The notes below the pieces were generated by a model. It was not told where the DNA came from. It searched no databases and worked only from the letters and a program-made list of their open reading frames with translations. 64,000 bases of DNA, taken from NCBI RefSeq assembly GCF_009914755.1, contig NC_060925.1. One strand, given 5' to 3'. Source of the stretch: the human T2T-CHM13v2.0 reference genome, Homo sapiens. The translations under genes and the position numbers were made by a program. This document shows positions 36,001-51,700 of this stretch, piece after piece. The stretch's first letter is position 1, and each line of letters starts with the position of its first letter.

Positions 36001-37177
36001 AGGGAGCTAAAAGGAAAAATTGACAAATCAAAAATTATATAAGAATTAAAATTATCAGAGTATATTATCTGATTATAATAGAATCACACTAGAAATCAGT
36101 ATAGGAAGATAACAGTTAAGTCTCCTAACACTTGGAAACCAAACAACTTTTAAATAGTCCGTGAGTGAAAGAAAGAGCCTTAAGGGAAATTGATAAGTAC
36201 ATTGAATGGGATGAAAATAAAAATACAACATATCAAAATTTTTGGAATATAGCTAACCCAGTGCTGAGAGGAAAATTTAAAGCACTAAATTACATTAAGA
36301 AAGAGGAAGAGTTTAGAATTCTTAGTCTAAACTCTCACCACACACAGACGTACACACACACACAAACGCACACACACACATAGAAAAAAGAGAAAAATAA
36401 GCAAGGAGAGAAGGAAGGAAAATGATGCAGAAATCAATGAAATTGAAAACAGGAAATAATAGAGAAAATTTATGAAAAAAATCTGGTTCTTTGAAAATAT
36501 CAGTAAGATTGATAGACATCTGGTAAGACTGACAAAGAGAGATGACACAAATACTGATATCAGTATGAACAGGGGATATCGTTAGAGACCCTGCCAATAT
36601 CAAATGGATAGTAAGAAAATACAACAAATAATTCTACACATGTAAACTTGACAACTTAGATGAAATGGACCAATTTCTTGAAAAGCACAAACTGTCACAA
36701 CTTACCTAATATAAAATAGATAATTTGAATAGCTCTATCCATAACTATTAAGAAAATCAACTTTTTCATTTTAAAAATTCAGTATAAGAAACTTCCAGGC
36801 CCAGATGGGTCCACTGGAGAATTCCACCAAACTTTTAAAGAATTAACATCAATTTTACATAATCTCTTCCAAAAAATACAAGAAAAAGGAAAACTTCCCA
36901 AATCATTTTATGAAGTGAATATTACTCCAATACCAAAATTAGACAAAGACATCAAAAGGAAGGAAAACTATAAATCATTATTATTCATAAGTGTAGGTAC
37001 AAAAATTCTTAACCAATCAGCATATAGAATTCAGCAATATGTAATAAGAATTATACACCACTACCATATGGGATTTATTCCAGGAATGCAAGACTGGTTC
37101 AATATTAAGAACTAATTAATGTGATTTGGCATATTAATAGGCTAAAGAAGAAAAGTCACATGATTATATTAATTAAT

Positions 37178-37586
37178 TGTATTACATCATTTTTTGTGTT
37201 ACTGTAAATAAATGCCTGAGGCTGGGTAATTTATAAAGAAGAGAGGTTTAATTGGATCATAGCTCTGTAGTCTGTACCTGAAGCATAGTACTGGCATCTG
37301 CTTCTGGTGAGGGCTTCAGGAAGCTTCCAATCACAGTGAAAGAAAAAGGGGGAGCCAGTACATCATGTGATGAGAGTGGGAGCAAGAGAGAGAGACAGGT
37401 AGTGCCACACACTTTTAAACAACCAGATCTTTTGTGAACTCACCCACTATCATGAGGATAGCCCAAGCCATTCATGAAGGATGTGCCCCCATGACCCAAA
37501 CACCTCCCAGCAGGGCCCACCTCCAACCCTGGGGATTACATTTCACCATAAGATTTGGAGGGGCCAAACATCCGAATGGTATTATC
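37178..37586. mobile_element. MST (MaLR) solo LTR
   Basis: Complete tgtatt...tatca element splitting the L1 ORF2 motif (I)NAEKAFD. Confidence 0.9.
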
Positions 37587-38009
37587 AATGCAGAAAAAGC
37601 ATTTGACGAAATCCAATACACAACCATGGCAAAACTCTTAGAAAAATAGGAATAGAGGGGGTTGTTCTCAACTTGATAAAGGGAGTCTGCAAGAAAAACC
37701 CACATCTAACATTGCATTTAGTGGTAAAAGATCAGGAACAAGACAAGGATGTCTGCTCTGACTACTCTTAATTCAGTGTAGTGCTGTAAGTTCTAGGCAG
37801 TGCAATAAGGCAGGAAAATTTTTTAAAGGCAGGTAGATCAGGAAAAAAGAAATAAAACTGTTCTTATTTGCAGATGATATAATGGTCTATGTGGAAAATG
37901 CTAAGATGCCTACAAAAAAAATCATAGAACCAGTAAATGAGTACAGCAAGGTCACAGGTTAGCAAACAAAATATCAACTGTACATGTATATTCTATTAAT
38001 GAGAACGTG

Positions 38010-38468
38010 TGAAGTAGGAGACAGGACTTGATTTTGGAGGTGGGATTCAACTCTGGAAGTGGGGCTCAGACACCAGAGCAAATTGAGGACTAACTAAAAC
38101 AGGGATGGGGTGGGAGCACCTTCCCCTAAGACATGCCCACCAGTGTGCCACCTGTTTACCAGTGGCATGGGAACACCTGGAAGTTACCACCATTTTTCTT
38201 AAAAATTTTCATAATCTGCCTAATTTGCATATAATTAAAAGTGGATATAAATGTGATGGCAGAACTGCCCTGAGCTACTACTCAGGGCTCACTGCCTGTT
38301 GGGCAGCCCTGCCCTGCAAGGAGTAGTACCTCTACTGCTGGTGTACACTGCTGCTTCAATAAAAATTGATGCCTGACACCACCAGCTTGCCCTTGAATTA
38401 TTTCCAGGGTTAAGCTAAGAACCCTCCCGGGCTAAGCCCCAGTTGTGGGGCTCAGCTATCTTGCATCA
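38010..38468 (+). mobile_element. ERV1 solo LTR (LTR15-like)
   Basis: TG...CA termini; cgtg/tgtg 4-bp TSD; AATAAA at ~38358. Confidence 0.72.
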
Positions 38469-40128
38469 TGTGGAAACCAAAAATTTTAAATACAATACCA
38501 TTTACAATTGTTAAAAAAAATGCTTAGGTATAAATGTAATGGGACATACACACAACTTGCACACTGAAAACTACAAAATGCTCATGAAAGAAATCAAAGA
38601 AGATCTAAAAATAAGTGGAAGAGCATATGTGTTCATGGATTGATTAATATAGTCATATCAGTTCTCTCCAAATTGATATTTACAGGTTTAATACATTTTC
38701 CATCAAAATCCCAGTAAGATTTTTTAACAGATATAGACAAGATTATTCCAAAATTTAAATGAAAAGGTAAAGGAACTAGAATAGCTAAAGCAATTATGTT
38801 TTAAAAAAATAAAATGGGAAAAAGTACTGTACCTTACAACAAGACTGTGTAGTATTAGTGTAAGGATAAGACACTTGGATCAATGGAACAGAATAAACAA
38901 CCTAGAAGTAGACTCAATGCGGCATGGGTAACTAATTTAAGATGAAAGTGTAAAATCAATTTAGTCTTTCAAGTAAATGGTGATGAAGAATTTAGATATC
39001 CATATTAAAAAAACTAAACCTCAACCTTACAGTTTATACTAAAATTAACTCAAAATGCATCATATATTTAAACTTAAACCATAAAACTATAAAACTTTTA
39101 TGGAAAAGCATAGGAGTAAATTTTGTGGACCAGTGATTTGGTGAACACATTTTAGACATAATGCCAAAGGCTTGATCCATAAAAGGAAAAAAATAGTAAA
39201 TTGACATCACCAAAATTTAAAACTTTTTCTCTGTGGAAGATCAGAGGACAAAAAAACAAGATACAGATCTGGAGAAAATATTTTCAAACCATATATCTGA
39301 CAGAGGACTCATCTAGAATTATAAAGAACTCTCAAACTTAACAATAAAAAATCAAATTAGAAAATTGTCAATATACACAAGGAGACATTTCATAAAATAA
39401 GTTATATAGATAACAATGATATTCAGTATCACTAGCCATTAGGGAAAAGCAACAGAAGACCATGATGAGATACAACATAATCATTAGAATAGCTCAAATA
39501 AAGATAAATAGTACTAAATATTGGCAAGGACATGGAGAAACTGGGTCTCTGTCACAATGCTAATGGGAATATAAAATAATACAAGTACTCTGGGAAATAG
39601 TTTGATAGTTTCTTTACAAACTAAATGTGCATCTGCTATACAATCCATCAACTTTTCACCAGGCCATTTATCCCTGAGAAATAAATGTTGACATCCATAC
39701 TAAAGCTTGTACATGATTGTTCAGATGAGCATTATTACATATAATAAATTATATAGTGGTATATAAGCTATATTTTATATAACTATATATATATAACATT
39801 TTATTATATAGCCCCAAACTGGAAACAATCAGTATGTCCTCCAGTTAATGAATAGTTAAACAAACTATGGTACATCCATCATGGAATACTACTCAGCAAT
39901 AACAAATAATGAACTACCAGCAGTCCTGCCCTATAAGAAATACTAAAGGGTATTACCTCAGGCTTGAAAGAAAGAACATTAGAGAGTAATCCAAAAGTAC
40001 ATGAAAAAATTAAAGAACACAAGTAAAAGTAATTAAGTGGAGTAAATATAAAAGTCATTACCAACTTATATTTTAAATTTTTTCTTCTCTTAACTGATTT
40101 TAAAGACTACTGTTTAAAATAATACTTA

Positions 40129-40440
<312 letters not shown>

Positions 40441-40633
40441 ATGTTTTAAAGATAAAATAATACTTACAAATTTGTGTTAATGAGTTTATAATGGGAAGGG
40501 AGTTATATAGAAGCAAAGTTTTTATAAACTACTGGAATTAATATTAATCTGAACCTTTTAGGTTTAGATTAAGACACAGATTTCATGCAATACCCATTGC
40601 AAACACTTAAAAATACTTTAAAATATATAGTAG

Positions 40634-41401
<768 letters not shown>

Positions 41402-41601
41402 TTAAATGCTACAATTGAAAATCTCTATATAACATAAAAGATAGCAGTAGTAGAGGAACAAAAATACATAAAATATATAGAAAACAAATTGCAAAACAGC
41501 AGATGTAACTCCTATTATTTCAATAACTACATTAAACGTAGGTGGATTAAACACTACAAATAAAAGGCAGGGATTCAGATTGGATTAAAAAGCAGGATCC
41601 A

Positions 41602-41895
41602 GGCCAGGCACAGTGGCTCACGCCTGTAATCCCAGCACTTTGGGAGGCCAAGTCAGGCAGATCACCTGAGGTGAGGAGTTTGAGACCAGCCTGGCCAACA
41701 TGGTGAAACCCTGTCTCTACTAAAAATACAAAAATTAGCTGGGCATGATAGTGGGTGCCTGTAATTTCAGCTACTTGGGAGGCTGAGGCAGGAGAAATCA
41801 GTTGAACCCAGGAGGCAGAGGCTGCAGTGAGCCGAGATCATGCCACTGCACTCCAGCCTGGGTGACAGTGAGACTCCACCTCAAAAAAAAAAAAA
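41602..41895 (+). mobile_element. AluSx/Sz-like
   Basis: Dimeric Alu; TSD gcaggatcca. Confidence 0.95.
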
Positions 41896-42440
41896 GGCAG
41901 GATCCAATGATATGATAAGTGTTTCTTTAAAAGACATACTTTCAATTCAAAAATACAAATACATTGAAAGTAAAAGGATGGAAAATATACACTGTGCAAG
42001 CAGTAAAGGAGCTGGAATGACCATATTAATATCAGAAAAAAATAGACTTTGAGACAAAAAAGCTTACTTCGGACAAAGAGGGAGATTTTGTAATGACATA
42101 AAGGTCAATTCAGAAGGAGGCTTTAATTATTACAAACATATATGCATTTAAGAACAAAGATCCAAAGATATGAAACAAAAACTGACAAAATTGAAGGGTG
42201 AAATAGATAATACAATAATAATTGGATGTTTCAATACTCCACTGTCAATAATGGATAGAATAGACAGAAAACCAGCAAAGATATAAAAGACTTTAAGACA
42301 CTATTAACCAACTTCATCTAACAGACCTCTATCAAATACTCCATCCAACAGTAGAATACACATTCTTTTCAAGCACATGTGGAATATTCTCCAGCATAGA
42401 TCACATACTGGACCACAAAGCAATAATGAATTTAAAGGGT

Positions 42441-45400
42441 TTATTTATTTTTATTTTAAAAAAAATTTCAGCATTTACTTTAGATTCAAGGGGTACATGT
42501 GCAGGTTTGTTACACGGGCATATTCTATGATGCTGAGGTTTGGTGTATGATTGATCTCATCACTCCAGCCTGGGTGACAAAGTAAGCCTCCATCCCCACT
42601 GCTCCCCCCCCAAAAAAAATCAAATAAAAAATGTTTTAAAGATAAAACAATACTTACAAATTTGTGTTAATGAGTTTATAATGGGAATTAAGTTGATATT
42701 AATCTGAACTTTTTAGATTTAGATTAAGACACAGATTTCATGCAATACCCATAGCAAACACTCAGGTAATGACCATAGTATCCGATAGTTTTTCAACTCT
42801 TGCCTCCCTTCTTACCTCCCGACTGTAGTAGTCTCCAGTGTCTATTATTCCCATCTTTATGTCCATGAGTCCCAGTGTTTAGTGCTCACTTAGAACATGC
42901 AGTGTTTGGTCTTCTGTTTCTGTGTTAATTCACTTAGGATGATGACCTACAGTTGCATCCTTTTTGCTGCTAAGGACAGGATTTCATTCTTTTTTATGGC
43001 TGTGTAGTATTCCGTGGTGTGTATGTACCATATTTTTTTTATCCAATCCTCCACGGATGGGTACCTACGTTGATTCCATGTCTTTGCTATTGTAAAGTGA
43101 TGTGACGAACATCCAAGTGCATGTGTCTTTTTTTTGTAGAATGATTTATTTTCTTTTGGGTATATAACCAGTAATGGGATTGCTGGGTTAAGTGGTCGTT
43201 TTTTGTTTTTTGTTTTTTTTTAAGTTTTTTGAGAAATCTTCAAACTGCTTTTCACAGAGGACAAACTAATTTACATTCCCACCAACAGTGTATAAGCATC
43301 CTCTTTTCTCCACAGCCTCACCAGCATTTGTTACTTTTTGGCTTTTTAATAATAGCCATTCTGACTAGTGTGAGATGGTACCTTGTTGTGGTTTTGATTT
43401 GCATTTCTCTGATGATTACTGATGTTGAGCATTTTTTCATATGTTTTTTGGCCACTTTTATGTCTTCTTTTGAGAAGTATCTGTTCATATCCTTTGCCCA
43501 CTATTTAATGGAGTTTTTTCTTTTTTGCTGGTTGAGTTGTTGAGGTATGAAATTCTTTTCTCAGCTTGGTTTGCTCTGTTGTTAAGGCTTTCCATTGTAT
43601 TTTGAAATTCCTGTAGTGAATTTTTCAATTTCAGAGGCTCAGTTTGATTCTTTTTTAAAATAGCTATGTTGTCTTTCAACTCTTGGATCATTTTACTGCC
43701 TTTCTTAGTTTGGGTTTCAACTTTCTCTTGAATCTCATTGAGCTTCCTTGTTATTCAGATTCTAAATTCTATGTCTGTCATTTCAGAAATGTCAGTCTGG
43801 TTAGGACACGTTGTTGGGGAGCTAGGGCGATACTTTGTAGGTAAGGAAACACTCTGACTTTTTGAATTGCTGGAGTTCTTGCACTGATTCCTTCTCATCT
43901 GAGAGGGCTGGTGTCTCTTTGTCTTTTTAAAGTTGCTGTTGATTGAGTGGGGCTTTTTGTTTTTATATTCTTTTTTTCCCCTTGAGGTTTTGACTGTGGT
44001 GTATGTTGTGTATAGTCGATTGGCTTCATTTCTGGGTGCTTTCAAAGGGTAAAGGGTCTGTGGGCATTCCTTAATTGTGGCTAGTTTCCTGCACTGGGTT
44101 TCACAGGCTTTGCCTGCCCAACAAATTTACTTTTGGTTGGTGGTGTAATTCATGTCATGATCCAGTAGATGGCACTTAAGAGTAAGAGCCAGCAGATATG
44201 CTGTTAGCTATGTGCATTAGCAGCAGTGCTTAGGGGAAGAGGGAGAGGGGAGGGCAAGAGATGTCTCCCTCGTGGTATCTGCTCCTGGGCCTTGAGGGAC
44301 CCCCCTCCAATCACTAGCACTGTGTCTATGTTCCTTAGTTCCAGTGGGGGTCCTGGTGGCCTGCACTCCCACCTCCGTTAGGGGCAGTCAGATCCACAGG
44401 TTGGGTCAACAAGAGACCCACCACTCCAGGGAACCTGCTGATTCTCTGTGTTTGGCAGAGCCAGAGAGGGTTGTGGGCTATGTCTGCGTTGGCCTGGTGA
44501 TGCAGTGGATCATGGGCGGAGGATCCCTGGGCAGGGTGGTAGTGCCACGAGTGTGCAGCTGGTGTGGCGTCCACGGCCTGGGTTTTTTATTTTTGCCCAG
44601 GAGATGGCTATGGGGTCTACTGAGCTTGCAGTCCCCCAACTGAGCCTCCCTCAGATGTTTGCCCCAGGAGGAGGCCTGACCAGCTAGATTTGTCTCAAGC
44701 ATTCTGCATCCAGATCGCTGGGTTGTTCCAGGTGTTCCAAGCCTTGGGGCCCTCTTGGGCAGAAGCTGCAGCTGGTCAACAGGCTAGGCTCTTCCCAGGC
44801 CAGCTTTGCATAGGAAGAGATGCTCAAGTCCCACGCCAGCACATGCCCACAAACTCACGCCTCACTCTTCTCAGTGTTCTGAGAGTGGAGGCTTTTCCCT
44901 TGCTTGAGGTCAGGTCACAGATCTCAGCTTGATGCCCCTGGGCAGTGTGCACAATCCCTGGGGGTTGGGGACCAGGCCCATGGCTTTGCCCTCTGGCCTC
45001 TTGGGGTTGAGCACTGGCTGTGTTCCGGGGAGCCAAACTGCTGCCAGGCGATTGGCAAAAATACTCAGGTGGAGCAGTGGAGGCTGGAGGCTGTGCTCTG
45101 TGCTCCCTGTTGCAGGAGCAGCCAGGCATGTGGCCTTGGGAGGAGCTGGTGTACAAGGGCCATGTGTATCAGATGTGCCCCTGTCCCACGGGAAAGGTAG
45201 CTCTGCTCTCTCCCAGCCCGGCAGTCAGCAGGGGCTAGAGCCACACAGAACAAAATGGAGAGCCTTGGGGAATGGGAGCCTATGCTCACATTTTTGCTGT
45301 AGCTCTGGACTCCATGCAGGTTCCAGTTCTGCTTCAAGGCAGTTTCCTCTATCAGTTCAAATGCCTGTGGGGGTCATGGGATCTCTTGTAGTCTGGATCC

Positions 45401-45680
45401 CAGAGGTGTGTGGCGGGAGTGTGGTGCCTGGGAGTTCCTTCACTCACTGCTTCCCTAGGACCTGCTCAGGATCAGGAGCTGGTCTTGTCACTCTGAGTGA
45501 CTCCATGCAGGCGCCTAGCTTCCTCCTTCTTCACCCTCAGTGTCTCTGTCACCTCTCTATCAACTTTTTGTGTTTTCTCTCAAATGATCTGTTTGAACTA
45601 TGATGTTTTACTTGAAATCCTGGATTCTCTTTGTGGGAGAGGCATTTCCTGGCTGTGTCTAGTCAGCCATTTTGTCCCTT
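42441..45680 (-). mobile_element. Internally deleted L1 (L1PB/old L1PA): 5'UTR plus ORF1 N-terminus fused to ORF2 C-terminus and 3'UTR
   Basis: 5' end GGGACAAAATGGCTGACTAGAC; GC-rich UTR; ORF1 peptide MRRNQCKNSSNSKSQS; junction at ~43541. Confidence 0.82.
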
Positions 45681-48285
45681 TCCATGAAAGTATTTAAATA
45701 ATACAAAGTATGTTCCCCAGCCACAATGGAATTAAATTAGAAACCAACAACAAAATGAAATTTGGAAACTCCACAAATATTTGGAAATTAAGCAATATAT
45801 TTCTGAATGAATTATATTATGAATGAATCAGGAGAAATTACCAAAAATTTAGAAAGTATTTTAAATTGAATCACTATGAAAACCACACATATTACAATTT
45901 ATGGGATGCAGCTAAAGCAACACAGAGAAAAATTCATATGACTTTAAATGCCTATATTAGAAAAGAAAAAGAATATTTCAAATTAAATGAAAAGCATCAT
46001 AAGGGAATATTATGAGGAACTTTATGCCAACAAATTAGACAACTTAGGTGAAATAGTCAAATTCTTAAAAAACCCCATAAACTACCAAAACTAACTCAAG
46101 AAGAAATGAAACATCTGAATAGATCCAAAATCTGTAAAGAAATTTGTAGTTAAAACCTTCTCACAAATACAAACTCAGACTTACATGACTTTGCAAGTGA
46201 ATTCCATCAAACACTTAACAAAGACATAAGACTGCTGCTCCACAAGCTCTTCCAGGAAATAGAGGCAGAAGGAACAGTTTCCAACTCATTCTATGAGGCC
46301 ATATTATCCTCATACCAAAGTAAGATAAGCATATTACAAGAAAAGAAAACTATAGACCAACATCTCTTCTGAATATAAATGGAAATATTAGAAAATGAAA
46401 TCTAAGAATATGAAAAAGAATTATACACCATGACTAGGTAAGATGCATCCCAGGAGTGCAACGCTGTTTAACATCCAAAAAACAATTAATGAAATACATC
46501 ATATTAAAATAATATAGGACAAAAACCACATGATAATTTCAATATATGCAGAAAAATATTTGACAAAATTCAATACCTATTTATGATTTTAAAAAATCTC
46601 AAAAGACTTGGAATAAAAGATAGCTTTCTCAGTCTGGTGAAAGCCATCTACAAAAAAACCTATGGCAAACATCAGTCTTAATGATAAAAGGCTGAAGACT
46701 TTCCATCTAAGATTGGGTAAAAGGCAAGGATGTTCACTCTAACCTCTTCGATTCATTCTAACCTCTATGGGAGGTTGTAGCCCATGCAAAAAGAAAATAA
46801 AAGGAAAGAAAAGACATATGGATCAAAAGGAAAAAAAAAAACAATTATACCTATGTGCAGATGACACAGTGGTCCATGTAGAAAACCCTAGGGAGTCTAC
46901 GCAAGAAACAACAATAACAACAAAACAAATCCTAGAATTAATAAGGGAATTTAGCAAGGTCACAAGATATGTGATCAATATACAAAAATCAGTTGTATTT
47001 CTGTCTACCTGCTATAAACAATCTGAAAAGGGAATTATGAATTTATAAAAGCATTAAAAAGAATACCACATGTAGGAATACATTTAATAGACGGTATGCA
47101 AGTCTTGTACATGGAAAGTTTCAAAACATTGTAGAGTCAGCATCATGCAATATACCTTCGTATAATAACAAACCTGCACATGTACTTCCTGATTCTAAAA
47201 TAAAAGTTGAAAAAAGAAAAAAAAAAGACCTTGTAGAGATAATTTTTTAACTCTAAGTAAATGTACAAACTTTCAATGTTTTTGGATTGGAAAACTCAAT
47301 ATTGTTTAAGATGGCAATTTTTTCCAAATTGATCTATGGGTTTGGTGCCATTCAAAATTCCAGTAGATTTTGTGTGGAGACAAACAAGCAGATTCTAAAA
47401 ATTCTGTGAAAACTCAAAAGACTCAGAATAGCAGAAACTATTTTAAAAAAACAAAGCTGGGAATTTGTTCATGTATAGGAAGACTCCATATTAACATGTT
47501 ACTTATCTCCAAATTGTTCTATAGATTCTATATAATACCATTCAAAATAATAGCAGGGTTTTTCTCTTTTTTTTAAAAAAGATGACAATTTGATACTAAA
47601 ATTTATGTGGAAATTTGAAAAACCTAGAATAGCTAATGAAATTTCTGTGTACTACATAGTCTTGTAATCAATCATAGACCTAAATATAAAATCTAAAACT
47701 ATTAAAGTTCTACAAAAATATAGGAGAAATTTTAATGACATTGGTGAGGCAAAGATTTCATAGATAAGACACTAAAAGCATGAGATAGAAAATACTCATA
47801 TATTTGCCATCATCAAAATTTAAAAACTTTTGCTCTTCAAGAAGATACTCTAATGGAAGTGAAAAGCAAAGCCACAGATTGGGAGAAAATATCTGCTAAC
47901 AGATATCCAAAAAAGGACTTGTATCTAGTACAAAAAAATGTACAGTTCAACTATAAGACAACCAAATTTAAAAATAGTTAAATTTGAACAGACATTTCAC
48001 CAAAGAAGATGTATAAGTAGCAAATAAGTATATGAAATATGCTCAACATCATTATTCATTAGGGTCACACAAATTAAAACTAAAATAAGATACCAGTAAA
48101 CTTCCTCTAGAATGGCTAAAATTTAAAGGGCCAAACCAAGTGTTGCCAAAGATATGGAACAACTGAAACTTTCATATGTTGTTATTAGGAATGTAAAATA
48201 ACAAATCTCTTTAGAAAACAGTTTGGCGGCAGCTTAAAAAGTTAAACACATACCTACCATATGACCTAGTAAACCCACTTGTAGG

Positions 48286-48757
48286 TTCATTGCATCACTG
48301 TTCACAATAGCAAATACATGGAATCAACCAAAATGCCCATTAATGATAGACTGGATAAAGAAAATGTGGTACATATATACCATGGGATACTATGTAGCCA
48401 TAAACAGGAATGAGATCATTTCCTTTGCAGGGACATGGATGGAACTGGAAGCCATTATGCCCAGCAAACTAACACAGGAACAGAAAACCAAATACCATTT
48501 GTTCTCACTTATAAGTGGAAGCTGAACAGTGAGAACACATGGACACATAGAGGGGAACAATATACACTGGGGCTTGTAGGGCAGTGATGGGGAAGGTGGA
48601 GGGAAAGCATCAGGAAAAATAGCTCATGCATGCTGGACTTAATACCTAGGTGATGGTTTGATAGGTGCAGCAAACCACCATGGCACATGTTTACCTATGT
48701 ACATAACAAACCTCCACATCCTGCACATGTACCCCAGAACTTTAAAAAAAAATAAAA
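48286..48757 (+). mobile_element. 5'-truncated older L1PA 3' end
   Basis: [14 protein letters not shown]...LFSLISGS; 3'UTR; aataaaa. Confidence 0.9.
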
Positions 48758-51700
48758 GTGAGTCAAGGAAGGAAAATCAGGCATCAAAGACACATCTTCA
48801 CAAGTTTACATAGGCCTGATCATCCATATGTAAAAGGTGTAGCAAACCCCTAGGAAGCTACACACCAACTGCAACACAAGCTGCTCAACATTAGTCTGGA
48901 TTTTCTCTTTCCAAAGGTTTTCAGAGATTACAGCCCTTTTTTTTTTTTTGAAGTATTGGGAAAAGATGATTTCTTGTAAATGGATGATTTTTGGAAACAT
49001 CCCAAAGTTATTTGAAATAAGCTGTTTTTGGAACAAATTCATTGAAGTACATGAGCAGTAAGTTGGGTAGTACCATCTGGGCATATATGGGTCTGAGACT
49101 TGTATTATTGTATGCCTAGGAAGTTGGCTTGAAGGGAAACAGGGCCAGAGCTTGGCTTGTCTTAGGACCTCCTGACTGAGATTGTAGTTCCACTCCTTCA
49201 CACGATCTTTGTCCCACAGTGACCCAGTTGCTGGGTGAATTTTCTGAGAAGGGATGGGTGTTTCATGATTTCCTTCGTTGGAGTGAGTAATTGAAAGTGG
49301 AGAGTGGTATGTTAGTGCTTCCTTGAAGGATGTAATTAGGTAATATCATGCAAGAAGGAAACTGTCATAAAGCTAGTAAAATGCAAATGAGAAGGAACTG
49401 CAGCATTGCTCATCTGCATCATCTCCTTTGCAGAATTTAAGATGAAACAATAGAGAAAGAACCAAGAAGTTACATACATTCATCAGAATTGCTGGAGAGT
49501 CCTGACCTCTGGCCATCGATCAAAGGGAAGCGTTCACTACTGAAGGTTTGTCTTCACTGTACTGGGTATTCAACTTCCTTGAAATTAAAAGGAAGAAGGA
49601 TAAAAAGTGGTATGCTGAATGGATTAAAGGTAATATTTTGATTATATCAATAGTTTTCAAACTTTTATAACTCATGAGCTGTTTGGGAATATTTGAGCAT
49701 ATGGTCAATCCACATCTGAATTATCCTGCCCACAAAAATGTCAAGGAAATACTTCTACTGCCTCTTCTGAAGCCATCTTAATTCCAGGAGTTGAATCAAT
49801 TTCAAAGTCATTGATAACTGCATCAGCCAAAATTTGTCCAAATGTTTTGAAATGCATTTCTATTTCCTGTCACACCTACCTCTTTGGCTAATGCATTCAT
49901 TTTATGAGTTTCAAAAATTACCATCTCCCTGTCCCAGGTCTTTAAAGTTGTTGAATAAGCAAATCTCTGTTCACTTTATTTGTACTATTTATGGTTATAT
50001 AGATTTAATTACTTCTAATTAGATTTCCATATTGGAAGTACAAATCTAACCTTAAACAAAAAATTCTTTTTATAATTCTCAATATCTCCAATTATTTTGA
50101 GCTTGTGCTCTCTGGATCTTTTCAAGTTATGGCAAACTTGGTTTTGAGGCATAGCAGCAAGAACTACATAAATCTTTTCAAACAGAGATATACCAGTATA
50201 AAGCTTGCTTTCCAGTATAGTCCTTAATGATTTTCTTCATTTTCTAGGTCTTTTTGCCTGATGCAGAATATTGGTACATATGCTGGGGTCAACATTTAAT
50301 GACTCTGGGTCTTTTTCTTGAGCAGAATCTAAGGGATAGTCTTTCATTTTATAGATGTGTTTTAGATTACTCATAAATTCATTACTTTTTCCTCACACAC
50401 ATTATAACATCTCTTAAGGCTCTGCCCATTGACACGAATCTCAGGATTATTCTATAATGTCTCTCTTCTCTGGGGTGTCTTCTTTCTGGGGAGATTTGTA
50501 TATCTTGGAGTCTGAGACTTCACTATGTACTCCTTCCTTATCATCATTTATAAACCTATTCAACAGACTCTGCCCCAGAATGGATTCTTGAGCAATCTTG
50601 AATAATTACACGAGTATCCAAAGATACTGATTTTAGGAGAACAAGGTTGTTGGGTACAGGTAGTTAATTATTCCTAAAACTGAATATGTCCAATACCTAT
50701 GTCTTGAGAAGCTCTAAGAGAGTAACAGAAGAGCAACAATGGAATGTGACAATTGCCTGCACTGTCTTTCTAGGTTGAAAATCCAAGAAATTTACATGCA
50801 CTGAATTTTATTTCCTTTATTTGCCTATTTATTCACTCCAAGAATTCAGGGTCCATGTTGCTGTAGTGGAAATTGGTTATTTCTGTTTTAGTCTTGAATT
50901 GTCTAATTTTGTTCAACTTGCCTGGTACGGAGGGGAGATTCACCAGTGGGCCTCACCTGTAAGTGAGGGTCACATCTGTAATTCTCTGATCTCGTGATGC
51001 AGAAGTAGGCCACATCTTCCATTTTCATCCTTGGATTCCTGTGGAATTTACAGATGCACAGATAGAAGTCATTTAGTCTTAGATAGATACCTTCATCTGC
51101 TTTGTCAATTGATGATGAATAAGACTGAGTTGAATGTATTTAGAATGTCTTGGCTATAAATTCCTCCATATAGCTTAACCCATTGTTTCCTGCAGTATGC
51201 ACCCCTTTACCAAGAGAGAGAAAGAGAGAAAGAATTTCATGTTTCTGTGGGTTTTAGAAGGCTATAGGAAGGGATTTTTGTTTGCTCATTTTCAGAACTT
51301 ATTAATAGACAGTTATTGAATACCTACCTTGGGCACAGAAATAATCACATTCTCTCCTGAGAATTTTCAACCCACAGCCAAGTACAGGTGTGGAAATTTG
51401 ATGATAGAATTAATACCAATGGAAAAAGGGGCCCACAGAACTGAAAAAGTGGCCACTGGTGATGACAGTGACCTGGGAGGGAGCGAGGCAACCTAGAGAG
51501 ACAATGTGGGGAATCATCACGTTCCATTACAGCGCCCTTCTCTTACTCTCTTGGAGCTTCTCAAGCCACAGGTGTCAGTCATATTGGTTTTAGAGATTAT
51601 TAGTAACTACCCAAACCCAACAATTTTGTTTTCCTGAAACTAGAAATGTCCTGTTTCCAACTTTATATTTTCATCAACTTCTTTTTCTATGATGTGTGAG

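Larger units (their letters stand above)
33070..39920 (+). mobile_element. Ancient, nearly full-length L1M (5' region, ORF1, ORF2 remnants)
   Basis: Degenerate peptides NKNTTYQNFWN..LRGKF, MGFIPGMQDWFNI, ttatttgcagatgat; colinear order. Confidence 0.85.

Noticed and set aside
44335-45697. Cluster of GC-rich ORFs up to 224 aa
   Set aside because: They lie in the 5'UTR of an old L1, overlap in many frames and show no recognisable domain.
50957-51204. Two-exon or Ig-like coding remnant
   Set aside because: The implied intron is only 52 nt and the upstream segment has stops in all three frames.
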